From: Aliivibrio fischeri ES114
GTDB lineage: Bacteria; Pseudomonadota; Gammaproteobacteria; Enterobacterales; Vibrionaceae
DNA length: 32,000 nucleotides
Direction: 5' to 3' (one strand)
Assembly: GCF_000011805.1 (NCBI RefSeq)
Contig: NC_006841.2
Shown: piece after piece, positions 1-10,153 of the stretch
Position numbering within the stretch: position 1 is the first letter of the stretch
How the letters are laid out: the number at the start of each line of letters is the position of its first letter
Made by a program: the position numbers and the translations under genes
The notes under the pieces: generated by a model
The model's database searches: none
What the model was told of the DNA's origin: nothing
Seen by the model: only the letters and a program-made list of their open reading frames with translations

Positions 1-99
1 TGTGAGTCTATCCGCCATCACTAAATAAGCGGTAACGATAAGAAACAATACAATTAGAATTCGCATCCATTGTTTAAATTTTTGTTCTGCAGCTTGCAT
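1..99 (-). CDS. 5' end of a gene running off the window; N-terminal membrane anchor, possibly a HlyD/membrane-fusion-type adaptor
   Basis: Not in the ORF track (only 33 codons). ATG at 99 on the minus strand reads MQAAEQKFKQWMRILIVLFLIVTAYLVMADRLT, with one hydrophobic helix. Divergent from the LysR gene at 214. The family call is a guess from the N-terminal pattern alone. Confidence 0.3.
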   Translation of the reverse strand, partial: MQAAEQKFKQWMRILIVLFLIVTAYLVMADRLT

Positions 100-127
100 A
101 TATATTCTCGATAAAACCAAAATTGAC

Positions 128-154
128 GTGATCTAACTCTCATTATAAGGCGTG
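128..154 (+). promoter_or_regulatory. ECF (ChrR-partnered sigma) type promoter candidate P1 upstream of the LysR gene
   Basis: GTGATCtaactctcattataaggCGTG. GTGATC at 128-133, exactly 17 nt spacer, CGT at 151-153. Lies 60 nt upstream of the ATG at 214. Same architecture as six other sites in the window. Confidence 0.45.
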
Positions 155-213
155 ATTTCAAAACGAATAGATGGCAAAATAGAACACATAAGACCTATAA
201 ATAGGACAATAAC

Positions 214-1101
214 ATGTACAAAAACCGTAAATCTTTGCCTTCATTTGATGATATTTATCTTTTTGTCCTTGTAGTAAGACACAAAGGGATAAGTGCTGCT
301 GCGCAATTCTCAGGCCTACAACGCTCGAAAGTCAGCCGTCGATTACAAGAATTAGAAAAGGCGTTAGGTCATCAATTATTAATCAGAACCACAAGATCAA
401 TTGAGTTAACCAAACAAGGAGAATGGTTATATCATCAAGCATCAAACCCAATTAACACCTTGGTTGACGCAAGTTTATTGATGAGAGATCACCATGTAAC
501 ACCAAGAGGAACATTAAGAGTAGCAATACCTCCTGCACTTGGTATGACAGAAGTATTCTCAACTCTTATTGAAAAATACATAGAAGAAAACACTGAGGTT
601 AAATTAGAAATTGAGCATCATGTTCAATCATTAGACTTACGCAGAAGCAATATAGACTTACAAATATTACCAAGTTACATCGAACCACTGCATAACGATT
701 ACATCCAACAACGTTTAATTCAAATCCCATATAGCATGGTTGCGTCTCCAAATTATTTACGTATTAATGGTCACCCAGATAACGTTACTCAGTTGGATCA
801 ATTCCATTTATTGGCAAGTCGATATAATAAAAGTTTATTGCCTCAAGGATTAAATTATCAACTATTTAGTGATGATCTGAATTTATTACAAAAATTAGCA
901 ATATCAGGAAAAGGGATCGCTTTACTGCCATCCATTCTAATTGAAGAAGATATTAAGCAAGGATTGCTTGTTGAAGTATTACCCAGAAAATCATTTACCG
1001 ATTTAACTATTACTCTAATTTATCCAACACCGCATTATTTACCTGAAAAAACACGAGCAATGGTAAATTTATTCAGAGCCACCTTCTCAGATTTACCTTA
1101 A
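214..1101 (+). CDS. LysR-family transcriptional regulator
   Basis: 295-aa ORF. N-terminal wHTH (FVLVVRHKGISAAAQFSGLQRSKVSRRLQELEKALGHQLLIRTTRSIELT) followed by a LysR substrate-binding domain. AGGA Shine-Dalgarno 8 nt upstream. Confidence 0.85.
   Translation: MYKNRKSLPSFDDIYLFVLVVRHKGISAAAQFSGLQRSKVSRRLQELEKALGHQLLIRTTRSIELTKQGEWLYHQASNPINTLVDASLLMRDHHVTPRGTLRVAIPPALGMTEVFSTLIEKYIEENTEVKLEIEHHVQSLDLRRSNIDLQILPSYIEPLHNDYIQQRLIQIPYSMVASPNYLRINGHPDNVTQLDQFHLLASRYNKSLLPQGLNYQLFSDDLNLLQKLAISGKGIALLPSILIEEDIKQGLLVEVLPRKSFTDLTITLIYPTPHYLPEKTRAMVNLFRATFSDLP
466..492 (-). promoter_or_regulatory. ECF-type promoter-like motif P2, antisense inside the LysR coding sequence
   Basis: Minus strand reads GTGATCtctcatcaataaacttgCGTC (GTGATC 492-487, 17 nt spacer, CGT 469-467). 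It points toward the minus-strand gene starting at 99. It could be a chance match. Confidence 0.3.
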
Positions 1102-1369
1102 AAATCAGCAAAATAACTGACAATCACTTAAATATTAGCATTTTAAATAGAATCGAAAATTAAAATGCTATGTTCTAGATTTTCGAGCAATATATTATTA
1201 ACCACATGAATAGGACGGGTTAGCAAAAACGGAAATAAATGTCCATAAATGCTACAACCTTTGTCTCAAAAATACGATTTTTTTGACAGTTTGTCAGAAA
1301 GATAACCAAATTTAGGGCACGTTATTTTTTATTATAACTACTCAACTAGCCCAAGTGAGCCCTAAATAT

Positions 1370-1409
1370 AAAGCCAATATCATCAAATGATATTGGCTTT
1401 ATTCTTTTT
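1370..1409. terminator. Rho-independent terminator in the convergent gap between the LysR gene and bioD
   Basis: Perfect 14-bp inverted repeat aaagccaatatcat / atgatattggcttt (1370-1383 and 1387-1400) with a 3-nt loop. Followed by attcttttta on the plus strand and atattt on the minus strand. Confidence 0.7.
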
Positions 1410-1431
1410 ACTTAAACAGTAAACTAAATAA

Positions 1432-2112
1432 TTAGTTATCTAGGGCTTCAAGATGAATGTATTTACCCATATTTTTGCGTTTCACACTTGGCATATATGG
1501 AATTTCACCTAATTTTGGCGCAGGCATTTTATCTTCTAGCATCTTAATGATTTCAGCGTAGTTTTCTGTACCTGGGTTTACTCGGTTAGCTACCCAACCA
1601 ATAATCTCTAAACCATCATGTTGAATCGCTTCAGCAGTTAGCATTGCATGACTTAAACAACCGAGTTTAATCCCAACAACCAATACCACTGGCAATTTTT
1701 CTTGCTGTACCCATGTTGATAAACAATCATCTTTAGATACAGGAACACGCCATCCACCGGCACCTTCAACTAAAACAACATCTGATTTCTCTTTTAATGA
1801 AGCTAAACCTTCAGATAATACGGAGTAATCAATAACCACATTTTCTGCTTCTGCTGCAATGTGTGGTGATGCAGGCATTAATAATGCATACGGGTTTACT
1901 TCTTCGTAGCGTAATTCAACATTGGCTACAGCACGTAAATGGATCGCATCAGAGTTTTGAACGCCTTCGCCTTTGTCTTCAGAGCCTGCTGCTACTGGTT
2001 TATAAGCAGCAGTTCGTAAACCTTTCATGTTTAACGCATCTAAAATCGCTTTTGAAGCAACGGTTTTACCCACATCTGTATCTGTTCCTGCAATAAAAAA
2101 TGCATCAATCAT
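1432..2112 (-). CDS. bioD: Dethiobiotin synthetase
   Basis: 226-aa ORF with the N-terminal nucleotide loop GTDTDVGKT. Last gene of the bioBFCD order. 8-nt overlap with bioC. Confidence 0.9.
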
Positions 2113-2926
2113 TACTTATAACTCCGTAGCCTACCTGATATGTAGCAGGTAAGTGGTTTAATTCACTTCTAAATAGTTGATACGCTTCTTCCACTGCTAA
2201 TAGCTTTTCTTTGCTCAATAATCCTGAGCTGCGACCATTAGGTAAATGCGTTGCTCCAATTCCTTTTAAATCTTTCATTAAAGCAAGAGCGGAAGAATAC
2301 GTCATCTCGACAGACGTGCAGTGTAGTGTAAAGTTGTTGCATTCAGATTGCGCTAACGCAATTTTTACCATAGATGGCGTAATAAAATCGTTAACATGTT
2401 GATATAAATCAACCTTTGACCATGCCTTTTTCAATTCAAACAGTGAGCCATCTAACAAAGTTGAGAAAATAACCTTGCTTTTATTATGGCTAATTCGTTT
2501 CATTTCTCTTAATGGGACCGATAAATCTTGGCACCATTGCAGCGCTAAACTGGATACGACACCATCAAATTCATCATCCATGAACGGAAGATCTTCAGCA
2601 TCACCTTGAATATAGGTAATATTGTGATCACCACATCGTTCTTTCGCTTTCTCTAACATGACAGACGATAAATCAAACGCTACGACGCATGCTCCCCGTT
2701 TTAACAAGGCTTCGCAACAATAACCAGTTCCACACCCCACATCTAAAATTCGTAGTCCAGTTAGATCGGTTGGTAAATAAGACAAAAGCGTATCTGCCAC
2801 TTGGCGTTGAAATTCTGCTGAACGATCATAGGTATGCGCCGCTTTACTAAATGCAGCTTGAATCGCTTGTTTTTCTTTATTTGATGTTGAATTAAACATA
2901 TCGATGGCAACTGCTGGATTCACCAT
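2105..2926 (-). CDS. bioC: Malonyl-ACP O-methyltransferase
   Basis: 273-aa ORF with the class I SAM-methyltransferase motif [10 protein letters not shown]. Sits between bioF and bioD. GAGG Shine-Dalgarno inside the bioF 3' end. Confidence 0.85.
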
Positions 2927-2932
2927 AACACC

Positions 2933-4084
2933 TCATCCTAATTCGTTTATCGCTTGTGTCAGCGCTGAAATATCTGCTGATGAATGATTGGCACTTAAGG
3001 TCACTCTTATTCGAGCTGAACCGACTGGAACCGTTGGTGGACGAATTGCTGTTGTCCATAACCCTCGCTCTTTTAACGAATCAGCGAGTATCATCGCATC
3101 GGTTGCTTCACCTATGATAATAGGCTTAATTGGCGTTGGTGTTTTTTCTGCACCCAGAAAATTCATTAATTCAGACTCAAATTGTTGATTTAATTCTTTG
3201 AGTTTGTCACGTCGCCATTCTTGTTGTTGGATCATCAATAAGGCATGAGATAACGCATGTGCTTGAGCTGGAGGCATTGCCGTAGAATAAACATGATGAC
3301 GTGCAAATTGCGATAAATAATCACCACACTCTTGATTGCAAAGCACAGCCGCACCAGACAATCCGAACCCTTTTCCGAAAGTAACAATTAATATATCCGG
3401 CGTTATCGAATAAACATCACAGCAGCCTTTACCATTAGTACCTAACACTCCACACCCATGGGCATCATCCACCATTAGCCAAGCATCATTTTCCTTAGTG
3501 AGTTTTGCAATATCGGCTAATGGAGAAAGATCCCCATCCATACTAAATACGCCTTCCGTCACCACCAATGTTGGCTCATCTGATGAACGCTTTAACAAAC
3601 TCTTTAAGTGGTCAACATCATTGTGTTTAAAGCGTTTCATCACTGCGGGAGATAACATTCCCGCTTCCATTAGTGAGGCATGATTCAATTTATCTTGTAA
3701 TAAGGTGTCACCCTTTTCTAATAATGAAAAGAGTACCGCTTGATTGGCACTAAAACCTGAATTAAACAAAATCGCACAATCAAGGCCAAGCCATTCTGCC
3801 AACTGAGATTCCAAATTGGCATGCGGCTTTGAGTAACCAGTGACTAATGGAGAGGCGCCACTGCCACTTCCGTATAAAGATAGTCCCTCTTGCCACGCTT
3901 CCATCAACTCTTTGCTACTCGCCAAGCCTAAATAATCATTTCCAGAAAAATTCAAATAGCTTTTTCCATCAACAACTAATGTGGCCTGATTTCCTTGCGA
4001 TACCACTCGACGTGAGCGATTTAGCCCTGCTTGCTTACGTTGATTAAGCGCAGAGCTAATACGTTGATTAAACGCTTGCTTCAT
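2933..4084 (-). CDS. bioF: 8-amino-7-oxononanoate synthase
   Basis: Similar to E. coli BioF along its length ([32 protein letters not shown]). Start moved to the ATG at 4084 (MKQAFNQR...), because the ORF-track start at 4147 lies 80 nt inside bioB. Confidence 0.9.
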   Translation of the reverse strand: MKQAFNQRISSALNQRKQAGLNRSRRVVSQGNQATLVVDGKSYLNFSGNDYLGLASSKELMEAWQEGLSLYGSGSGASPLVTGYSKPHANLESQLAEWLGLDCAILFNSGFSANQAVLFSLLEKGDTLLQDKLNHASLMEAGMLSPAVMKRFKHNDVDHLKSLLKRSSDEPTLVVTEGVFSMDGDLSPLADIAKLTKENDAWLMVDDAHGCGVLGTNGKGCCDVYSITPDILIVTFGKGFGLSGAAVLCNQECGDYLSQFARHHVYSTAMPPAQAHALSHALLMIQQQEWRRDKLKELNQQFESELMNFLGAEKTPTPIKPIIIGEATDAMILADSLKERGLWTTAIRPPTVPVGSARIRVTLSANHSSADISALTQAINELG

Positions 4085-5120
4085 AGAACAAGTCATCTTT
4101 ATTTGGACGAGCTGCAACACGTTCTGCCACTCTATCAAGCAATTCATGCTCTTGAATTTGATCAGGTTTTTGCGCTACTTGTTCACTATTCACACCCAAT
4201 TTTTTGAAAAGTTGCATGTCTGTGTCTTCATCTGGATTTGGCGTAGTGAGCAACTTACATCCATAAAAGACTGAGTTGGCACCAGCCATAAAGCATAACG
4301 CTTGCATTTGCTCATTCATGCTTTCACGTCCTGCTGAAAGACGTACAGCAGATTCAGGCATCATGATGCGAGCAACGGCGATCAAACGAATGAAATCAAA
4401 TGGGTCAACGTCTTCAGCGTCTTCTAATGGGGTTCCTTTTACTTTTACCAGCATATTTACAGGAACAGATTCTGGATGTTGAGGTAGATTCGCTAATTCA
4501 ACAAATAGACCAGCACGATCACTTGCACTTTCCCCCATACCAATGATGCCACCAGAACAAATTTTCATCCCAGCATCACGAACGTGAGATAGCGTATCTA
4601 AACGATCTTGATAAGTTCGAGTGGTAATAATATTGCCGTAAAATTCAGGAGAAGTATCGAGGTTATGGTTATAGTAATCTAAGCCTGCTTCGGATAATTC
4701 ACCCGCTTGATCGGCGGTGATCATACCTAGCGTCATACATGTCTCAAGGCCCATTTCTTTCACGCCTTTAATCATGTCCAATAGATATGGCATATCACGT
4801 TCTTTTGGGTTCTTCCAAGCAGCCCCCATACAAAAACGAGTAGAACCTGAATTTTTTGCTTTTTTCGCAGCGTCTAAAACACTCTCCACTTCCATTAAAC
4901 GTTCACGATCAACATCAGTGCGGTAGTGAGCACTCTGCGGGCAATACTTACAGTCTTCAGGACAGGCTCCTGTTTTAATTGAAAGTAGTGTGCTCACCTG
5001 TACATGATTAGCTTGTTGATATTTTCTATGTACTAATTGAGCCTCAAAGATCAAATCCATAAACGGTTTATCCATCAAGGTTTGTACTTCAGCTACGGTC
5101 CAGTTATGTCTCACTTCCAC
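4068..5120 (-). CDS. bioB: Biotin synthase (radical SAM)
   Basis: 350-aa ORF with the radical-SAM motif CPEDCKYC. Collinear with E. coli BioB. First gene of bioBFCD, divergent from bioA. Confidence 0.95.
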   Translation of the reverse strand: MEVRHNWTVAEVQTLMDKPFMDLIFEAQLVHRKYQQANHVQVSTLLSIKTGACPEDCKYCPQSAHYRTDVDRERLMEVESVLDAAKKAKNSGSTRFCMGAAWKNPKERDMPYLLDMIKGVKEMGLETCMTLGMITADQAGELSEAGLDYYNHNLDTSPEFYGNIITTRTYQDRLDTLSHVRDAGMKICSGGIIGMGESASDRAGLFVELANLPQHPESVPVNMLVKVKGTPLEDAEDVDPFDFIRLIAVARIMMPESAVRLSAGRESMNEQMQALCFMAGANSVFYGCKLLTTPNPDEDTDMQLFKKLGVNSEQVAQKPDQIQEHELLDRVAERVAARPNKDDLFYEASV

Positions 5121-5204
5121 GTGTAAATTCCTTTATTATTTTATGGCTCAACAACCATGTAATGACTGTTTTTATACTTGGCTAGTCTACGGTTAAACGA
5201 TACA

Positions 5205-5238
5205 CTGTCAACCTAAAGAAAAGAATAAAGTTTACAAT
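5205..5238. promoter_or_regulatory. BirA-type bio operator in the bioB/bioA divergent control region
   Basis: cTGTCAACC-N15-AGTTTACAA (5206-5213 and 5229-5237). Imperfect inverted repeat resembling the E. coli bioO half-sites TTGTAAACC / GGTTTACAA. Lies in the 128-bp gap between the divergent bio genes. Confidence 0.65.
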
Positions 5239-5248
5239 TGGTGAATAA

Positions 5249-6529
5249 ATGAGCATTAACGTCGATTTGGATTTTGACCATCAACACATCTGGCACCCAT
5301 ATACTTCAACATTAAACCCACTGGCTTGCTATCCCGTCACTCATGCAAAAGGGGTTAATATTTATCTAGAAAATGGTACCGAACTTGTTGATGGCATGTC
5401 GTCATGGTGGTCTACCATACATGGATACAGCCACCCTCACCTGAATCAAGCATTAAAAGATCAAACCGACAAAATGGCACACGTGATGTTCGGAGGCATT
5501 ACTCATCAACCTGCTGTTGAACTTTGTAAGAAACTGGTCGAACTCAGTCCATCTCGATTAGAACAAGTATTTTTAGCCGATTCAGGTTCAGTAGCCGTTG
5601 AAGTCAGTTTAAAAATGGCACTTCAATATTGGCACGCGAAAGGTCAGCCTCGATCTAAATTCTTAACCGTGCGTCATGGTTATCACGGTGATACCTTCGC
5701 TGCCATGTCAGTAACCGATCCTGACAATTCCATGCATGGACTTTATAAAGGTTTTTTACCTGAGCATCTGTTTGTTGAATCACCAAGCAGTAAGTTCGGT
5801 GGAGTGTGGAACCCTGATGATATCCTTCCGTTAGAAGCCATGTTAGCAGAGCGACACAATGATATTGCAGCAATGATCCTTGAACCCATTGTTCAGGGCG
5901 CTGGCGGGATGCGCTTATACCATCCCCAATATCTGAAAGAAGTACGCCGCTTGTGTGATAAATATGGCTTACTTTTGATTTTAGATGAGATAGCAACAGG
6001 CTTCGGTCGAACAGGAAAGTTATTTGCTTGCGAGCATGCCGAGATTGAACCCGATATTATGTGCATTGGTAAAGCCCTCACAGGGGGCTACATGACGCTT
6101 TCAGCAACACTCACCAGTAAAGTGGTTGCAGACACGGTATGCAGTGGTGATGCAGGATGCTTTATGCATGGTCCTACATTTATGGGCAACCCACTTGCTT
6201 GTGCCGTTGCCAATGCCAGCCTAGAGCTAATCCAACAAAATCATTGGCAAACTCAAACCAAACAGATAGAAACCTGCTTTTCTGAATTATTACCTCAACT
6301 TAAAAAACATAACGTTGTTGCAGATGTTAGATGGTTAGGCGCTATTGGTGTGGTAGAGCTAACCACGCCTGTTGATATGGAGAAAATTCAAGCACACTTT
6401 GTTGAACAAGGGGTTTGGATAAGGCCATTTGGGAAACTCATTTATATGATGCCTCCATTCATTTCTCAACCTGAGCACATTACTAAGCTTGTGAACGCCA
6501 TTGATAGTGCCCTAGAAACTCTGTTCTAA
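5249..6529 (+). CDS. bioA: Adenosylmethionine-8-amino-7-oxononanoate aminotransferase
   Basis: 426-aa class III aminotransferase ([20 protein letters not shown], the conserved PLP-site region). Divergent from bioB. Confidence 0.95.
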   Translation: MSINVDLDFDHQHIWHPYTSTLNPLACYPVTHAKGVNIYLENGTELVDGMSSWWSTIHGYSHPHLNQALKDQTDKMAHVMFGGITHQPAVELCKKLVELSPSRLEQVFLADSGSVAVEVSLKMALQYWHAKGQPRSKFLTVRHGYHGDTFAAMSVTDPDNSMHGLYKGFLPEHLFVESPSSKFGGVWNPDDILPLEAMLAERHNDIAAMILEPIVQGAGGMRLYHPQYLKEVRRLCDKYGLLLILDEIATGFGRTGKLFACEHAEIEPDIMCIGKALTGGYMTLSATLTSKVVADTVCSGDAGCFMHGPTFMGNPLACAVANASLELIQQNHWQTQTKQIETCFSELLPQLKKHNVVADVRWLGAIGVVELTTPVDMEKIQAHFVEQGVWIRPFGKLIYMMPPFISQPEHITKLVNAIDSALETLF

Positions 6530-6533
6530 TAAT

Positions 6534-6574
6534 AAAAAAACCGATGCCTTTACAATAAAGGTATCGGTTTTTTA
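6534..6574. terminator. Bidirectional Rho-independent terminator after bioA
   Basis: aaaaaaaccgatgccttt-acaat-aaaggtatcggtttttt. Stem has one G-U pair. A-run on the left and T-run on the right. Confidence 0.8.
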
Positions 6575-6604
6575 GACGCTCAAATTCAACGTCAATATTT
6601 GCCG

Positions 6605-6814
6605 TTATTTAACTTTAGGCTCATTAGTAAAATCATCTTCTACTAACTTATAAATAATAAAGATAGCAAGCTCGAGTAATGCAGTAAGAATCAAGCTCAT
6701 GATCACGTAGCGCTCAGCAAAAACACCAATACCGTGTAAGATTGTTGATTGAATAACAAACGCGCCAACTACGCCTAAAATCAACAGCTGTAAAAATTTA
6801 ATAAACTTCAGCAT
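6605..6814 (-). CDS. Small hypothetical membrane protein (two predicted TM helices)
   Basis: 69-aa ORF, strongly hydrophobic (LLILGVVGAFVIQSTIL ... IMSLILTALLELAIFIIY). No family recognised. Confidence 0.45.
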   Translation of the reverse strand: MLKFIKFLQLLILGVVGAFVIQSTILHGIGVFAERYVIMSLILTALLELAIFIIYKLVEDDFTNEPKVK

Positions 6815-6957
6815 TTAAATTCCTTCTTTATCATTATCTTAAATAATTGAAATCAACCTTTATAGAGTACACCAAAATAGTGATGACATAATGATTAATT
6901 TCAATAAGATGCTTTATCTTGTCCTTTAGAAGCGACTTTTCTTACTTTTATGACGTA

Positions 6958-7515
6958 TTACTCTGGCTTCCAATCATCATTAATTTTAGACGTTAAGATG
7001 TGATCTTCCCATGCACCATTAATATATAAGTACTTTTTCGCTTCACCTTCTTTAACAAAACCAAGTGCAGCAAGTACTTTTGCGCTCTTTTCGTTACGTG
7101 GAATATAAGCGGCCATGATTCGATGTAAATTTTGAGCTTTAAACATCCAATCAATAGTGACATTCACCGCTCGTCTCATGATCCCTTTTCCTTGATACTC
7201 TGAATCCAAAGAATAGCCAACATGCCCAGCATGAAAAGGAAAACGAGTGATATTACTGTAACTCACAGTCCCTATTATCTTATGCTCGTTTTTATCAACC
7301 ACCACAAAATAAAAGGCCAAGTTATGTTTATGCAATTCCACAAGCTGCAATAAACGCTGCTTCCAGCCTTCAGGTGTAAAAAAAGCATGACTTCGTTTAG
7401 GCTCCCACGGAGCAAGATGATGACGATTACGCATAAAATAGTTGGCAATCGTCACTGCGTCACTGCTTTTTATTAAACGAACTTGGTAATGCTCAAACTC
7501 AAAACTTACATCCAT
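6958..7515 (-). CDS. rimJ: GNAT N-acetyltransferase, RimJ-like (ribosomal protein S5 alanine N-acetyltransferase)
   Basis: 185-aa ORF collinear with E. coli RimJ (NRHHLAPWEP, AFYF, GHVGYSL..YQGKG, HRIMAAYIPRNEKS, DHILT). Confidence 0.75.
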   Translation of the reverse strand: MDVSFEFEHYQVRLIKSSDAVTIANYFMRNRHHLAPWEPKRSHAFFTPEGWKQRLLQLVELHKHNLAFYFVVVDKNEHKIIGTVSYSNITRFPFHAGHVGYSLDSEYQGKGIMRRAVNVTIDWMFKAQNLHRIMAAYIPRNEKSAKVLAALGFVKEGEAKKYLYINGAWEDHILTSKINDDWKPE

Positions 7516-7526
7516 GTCGTTTCTCT

Positions 7527-9074
7527 CTATTTTTTACCAATTCCATAATCACGCAATTTATTTGCAATTGCAGTATGTGATACACCTAAACGCTTGGCTA
7601 ACTTACGACTCGATGGAAATTCATTATATAAACTAGATAAAATACTCGACTCATAAGATTTCATGATTTCATCCAGTGAACCATCAGTATTAATATTAAG
7701 ACTTCTTGGCGCATTTTTATCAACAATTGGAAGCATAAAATGAGAGGTAGATAGTTGATTTCTATCCATTTGCGTTAATGCTTTTAATGTTGTACTTCTT
7801 AACTGGCGAACATTGCCCGGCCACGTATAACTTGCCAGATAATCGTATACTTCTTCGTCTATGCTTGGCTTAACAATTCCTAGCTCTTTACTTAGTTGCG
7901 CTACAAAAAAATCAAACAAGGTTGCCACATCAGAAATACGATCACGCAATGGCGGTATCTCTAAAAACAGCACGTTTAGACGGTAATACAAATCTTCACG
8001 GAATAAGCCTTGCTCTACCAACTCAAGTAGCTCTTTTTTACTTGCACCGATGATACCTACATCAACATGGATCTCTTTTTCTTCACCTACTCGACGGAAA
8101 TTACCATCTTGAATAAAGCGTAACAGTTTAATTTGAAGTAGCGGACTCATCTCACTGATTTCATCAAAGAAAACCGTACCACCATCAGCTTGTTCAATGA
8201 TGCCTTTCTTACCTTCTGGCATATTAGGGAACGCACCTGGTGCATAACCGAACAACTCTGTTTCAGCCACATCATCAGGCATCGCTGCACAGTTCACTAC
8301 CATAAAAGCCTTACCTGAACGGATAGATGCATTATGACATGCGCGAGCCAACATCTCTTTACCCGTTCCTGTCTCACCTTGGATCAATAATGATTGATCA
8401 ATGTCAGACAGTTTTTTCGCTTGAGAAATAAGTTGTTTATATTTAGTTGATGAACCTACAAAGTGCTCAAAACCTAAATTTGATGATTCAGGTATAAATG
8501 GGCGTGCGTTTTGCGCTTCGATAGCGGGTTTGATAATGACAACCGCACTGGTCAAAATTGAGGTGTTACTGTCATCTGTAATATAAACTGGCATGATCTC
8601 CATGATGTAGTTCATGCCATCAATCAACATAGGTTCACGTTGTCGAATACGAGATTCTTCTAACCATAATTGCACATTAAAGTCTGACAATAAAACCGTT
8701 GCTGATTGGCCAATAAGCGACGTTTTATCCAATTTAAAGAGTGATACTACCGCATCATTAATTGTGTCTATCTTGCCTTTTAAATTGATAGAGAAAACAG
8801 GGTCTGGCAAGGTACTTAATACGGCTAATAACTCAGTATTTCGACGTTCACTTGGTAAAAATTGAATTTTTCTGACATCCATCACACCATCAAGTCGACG
8901 AATTTTCGCCATTAATTGACTAAACTCATCGAAATCGATTTCTGGGAAGTTAAGATAGATTAAGCCTGACTTATCAATTTCAATGTCACGTAAATCAATA
9001 TGTTGAGAAGCTAAAATATCTAATAACTCACGAGTAAGACCTAAGCGATCCTTGCATTGCACTTCAAGACGCAC
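7527..9074 (-). CDS. tyrR: Aromatic amino acid regulator TyrR
   Basis: The N-terminus MRLEVQCKDRLGLTRELLDIL closely matches E. coli TyrR. Also has a sigma-54-type AAA+ core (GETGTGKE, ELFG) and a C-terminal HTH (RKLAKRLGVSHTAIANKLR). Confidence 0.92.
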   Translation of the reverse strand: MRLEVQCKDRLGLTRELLDILASQHIDLRDIEIDKSGLIYLNFPEIDFDEFSQLMAKIRRLDGVMDVRKIQFLPSERRNTELLAVLSTLPDPVFSINLKGKIDTINDAVVSLFKLDKTSLIGQSATVLLSDFNVQLWLEESRIRQREPMLIDGMNYIMEIMPVYITDDSNTSILTSAVVIIKPAIEAQNARPFIPESSNLGFEHFVGSSTKYKQLISQAKKLSDIDQSLLIQGETGTGKEMLARACHNASIRSGKAFMVVNCAAMPDDVAETELFGYAPGAFPNMPEGKKGIIEQADGGTVFFDEISEMSPLLQIKLLRFIQDGNFRRVGEEKEIHVDVGIIGASKKELLELVEQGLFREDLYYRLNVLFLEIPPLRDRISDVATLFDFFVAQLSKELGIVKPSIDEEVYDYLASYTWPGNVRQLRSTTLKALTQMDRNQLSTSHFMLPIVDKNAPRSLNINTDGSLDEIMKSYESSILSSLYNEFPSSRKLAKRLGVSHTAIANKLRDYGIGKK

Positions 9075-9096
9075 AAAAATTCCTCAATAATAAGGG

Positions 9097-9114
9097 TGTC
9101 AAAATATGTTTACA
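9097..9114. promoter_or_regulatory. TyrR box upstream of tyrR
   Basis: TGTCAA-aatatg-TTTACA versus the consensus TGTAAA-N6-TTTACA (one mismatch). Lies 23 nt upstream of the tyrR start codon and 39 nt upstream of the -35 of promoter P3. Confidence 0.6.
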
Positions 9115-9152
9115 CCAGTTTGCGTGAGAGAAAAAAAAGAGTCAAGAAAGAA

Positions 9153-9179
9153 GTGATCCAAAACGCTTTTTAATTCGTT
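9153..9179 (+). promoter_or_regulatory. ECF (ChrR-partnered sigma) type promoter candidate P3 for ybgA-phrB
   Basis: GTGATCcaaaacgctttttaattCGTT (GTGATC 9153-9158, 17 nt spacer, CGT 9176-9178). About 30 nt upstream of the ybgA start. Confidence 0.55.
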
Positions 9180-9208
9180 AGTAAATCTAACAAATGGGGG
9201 AAATTATC

Positions 9209-10153
9209 ATGACTATTAATGTTGGCATCAGTTCTTGTGTTATCGGAGAAAGTGTTCGTTTTGATGGCGGCCACAAGAGCAATAAATTCGCATCAAAAGT
9301 ATTATCACCATATTTTAATTACATACCAATCTGCCCAGAAGTAGGAAGCGGTATGTCTGTACCACGACCAACCATTAGATTAATGACAAACGATGAACGC
9401 ATCGCCTTAGTTGATTCTAAGGATTCAAGTATTGATTACACGGATTCCATGCTTGAATTCTCAAATAAAACCGTTGATGCCCTGATGGATGCAGATCTAT
9501 GTGGTTACATTGTCTGTGCCAATTCACCAAGTTGTGGCATGGAACGCGTTAAAGTTTACAGTAAGAACAATGCCACTAAAAATGGCGTTGGCTTGTATAC
9601 CGGAACGCTAATGAAAAAAATGCCGTGGTTACCTGTTGAAGAAGACGGTCGATTAAATGATCCCGTTTTAAAAGAAAACTTCATTACACGTGTTTTTTGC
9701 TTACACGATTTATATCAGTCTATGGATGGACAACCTACAGCAGGAAAAATTGTCGCTTTCCATTCTCGTTATAAATACACATTAATGTCCCACTCTACTG
9801 TCGGCTATAAAAACCTTGGTAAATTGGTGGCTCGTGTTGCTGAATACGATATTCACGAATTTTTCAATCTATACCGAACTCAGCTGATGCAAACCATGAG
9901 TATTCGAGCTACCCGTAAAAATAACACCAACGTATTAATGCACTTACAAGGTTATTTCAAGAAAGATTTAGATTCACCTCAGAAGCAGGCTTTAGCTGAG
10001 CTCATTCAAGAGTATAATCAAGGGTTATTACCTTTATTGTCCCCTATCACTTTGATTAAACACCATTTAAGTATGCACAATAATGATTACTTAAAACAAC
10101 AATCCTTCTTAAACCCTTACCCACAAGAGCTAAGATTACGCTATGGATTATAA
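9209..10153 (+). CDS. ybgA: YbgA-like protein: N-terminal DUF523/TudS-like [4Fe-4S] domain plus C-terminal DUF1722
   Basis: Three conserved Cys contexts (SSCVIGESVRFDGGHK, ICPEVG, SPSCGM). Overlaps phrB by 11 nt, as ybgA-phr does in E. coli. Start placed at ATG 9209 (GGGGGA Shine-Dalgarno) rather than 9194. Confidence 0.75.
   Translation: MTINVGISSCVIGESVRFDGGHKSNKFASKVLSPYFNYIPICPEVGSGMSVPRPTIRLMTNDERIALVDSKDSSIDYTDSMLEFSNKTVDALMDADLCGYIVCANSPSCGMERVKVYSKNNATKNGVGLYTGTLMKKMPWLPVEEDGRLNDPVLKENFITRVFCLHDLYQSMDGQPTAGKIVAFHSRYKYTLMSHSTVGYKNLGKLVARVAEYDIHEFFNLYRTQLMQTMSIRATRKNNTNVLMHLQGYFKKDLDSPQKQALAELIQEYNQGLLPLLSPITLIKHHLSMHNNDYLKQQSFLNPYPQELRLRYGL

Noticed and set aside
1102-1431. Unusually long (330 bp) convergent gap between the LysR gene and bioD. 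It ends in a strong terminator whose T-tail is better on the plus strand, which raises the possibility of an sRNA or a long 3' UTR.
   Set aside because: There is only a weak promoter candidate (TTGACA at 1283 with a poor -10) and only very short ORFs. Without expression or conservation data this cannot be supported.
4085-4147. N-terminal extensions of ORF-track calls: bioF to 4147, methyltransferase to 17791, DUF1365 to 18525, FAD oxidoreductase to 19796, NTF2-like to 20994, DUF3833 to 15438, ybgA from 9194, PLP enzyme to 24074, small ORF to 28030.
   Set aside because: In each case an internal ATG has a better Shine-Dalgarno. It also gives the canonical N-terminus (Rossmann motif, lipobox, alignment with the E. 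coli homologue) or creates an ATGA/TAATG coupling junction with the upstream stop codon.
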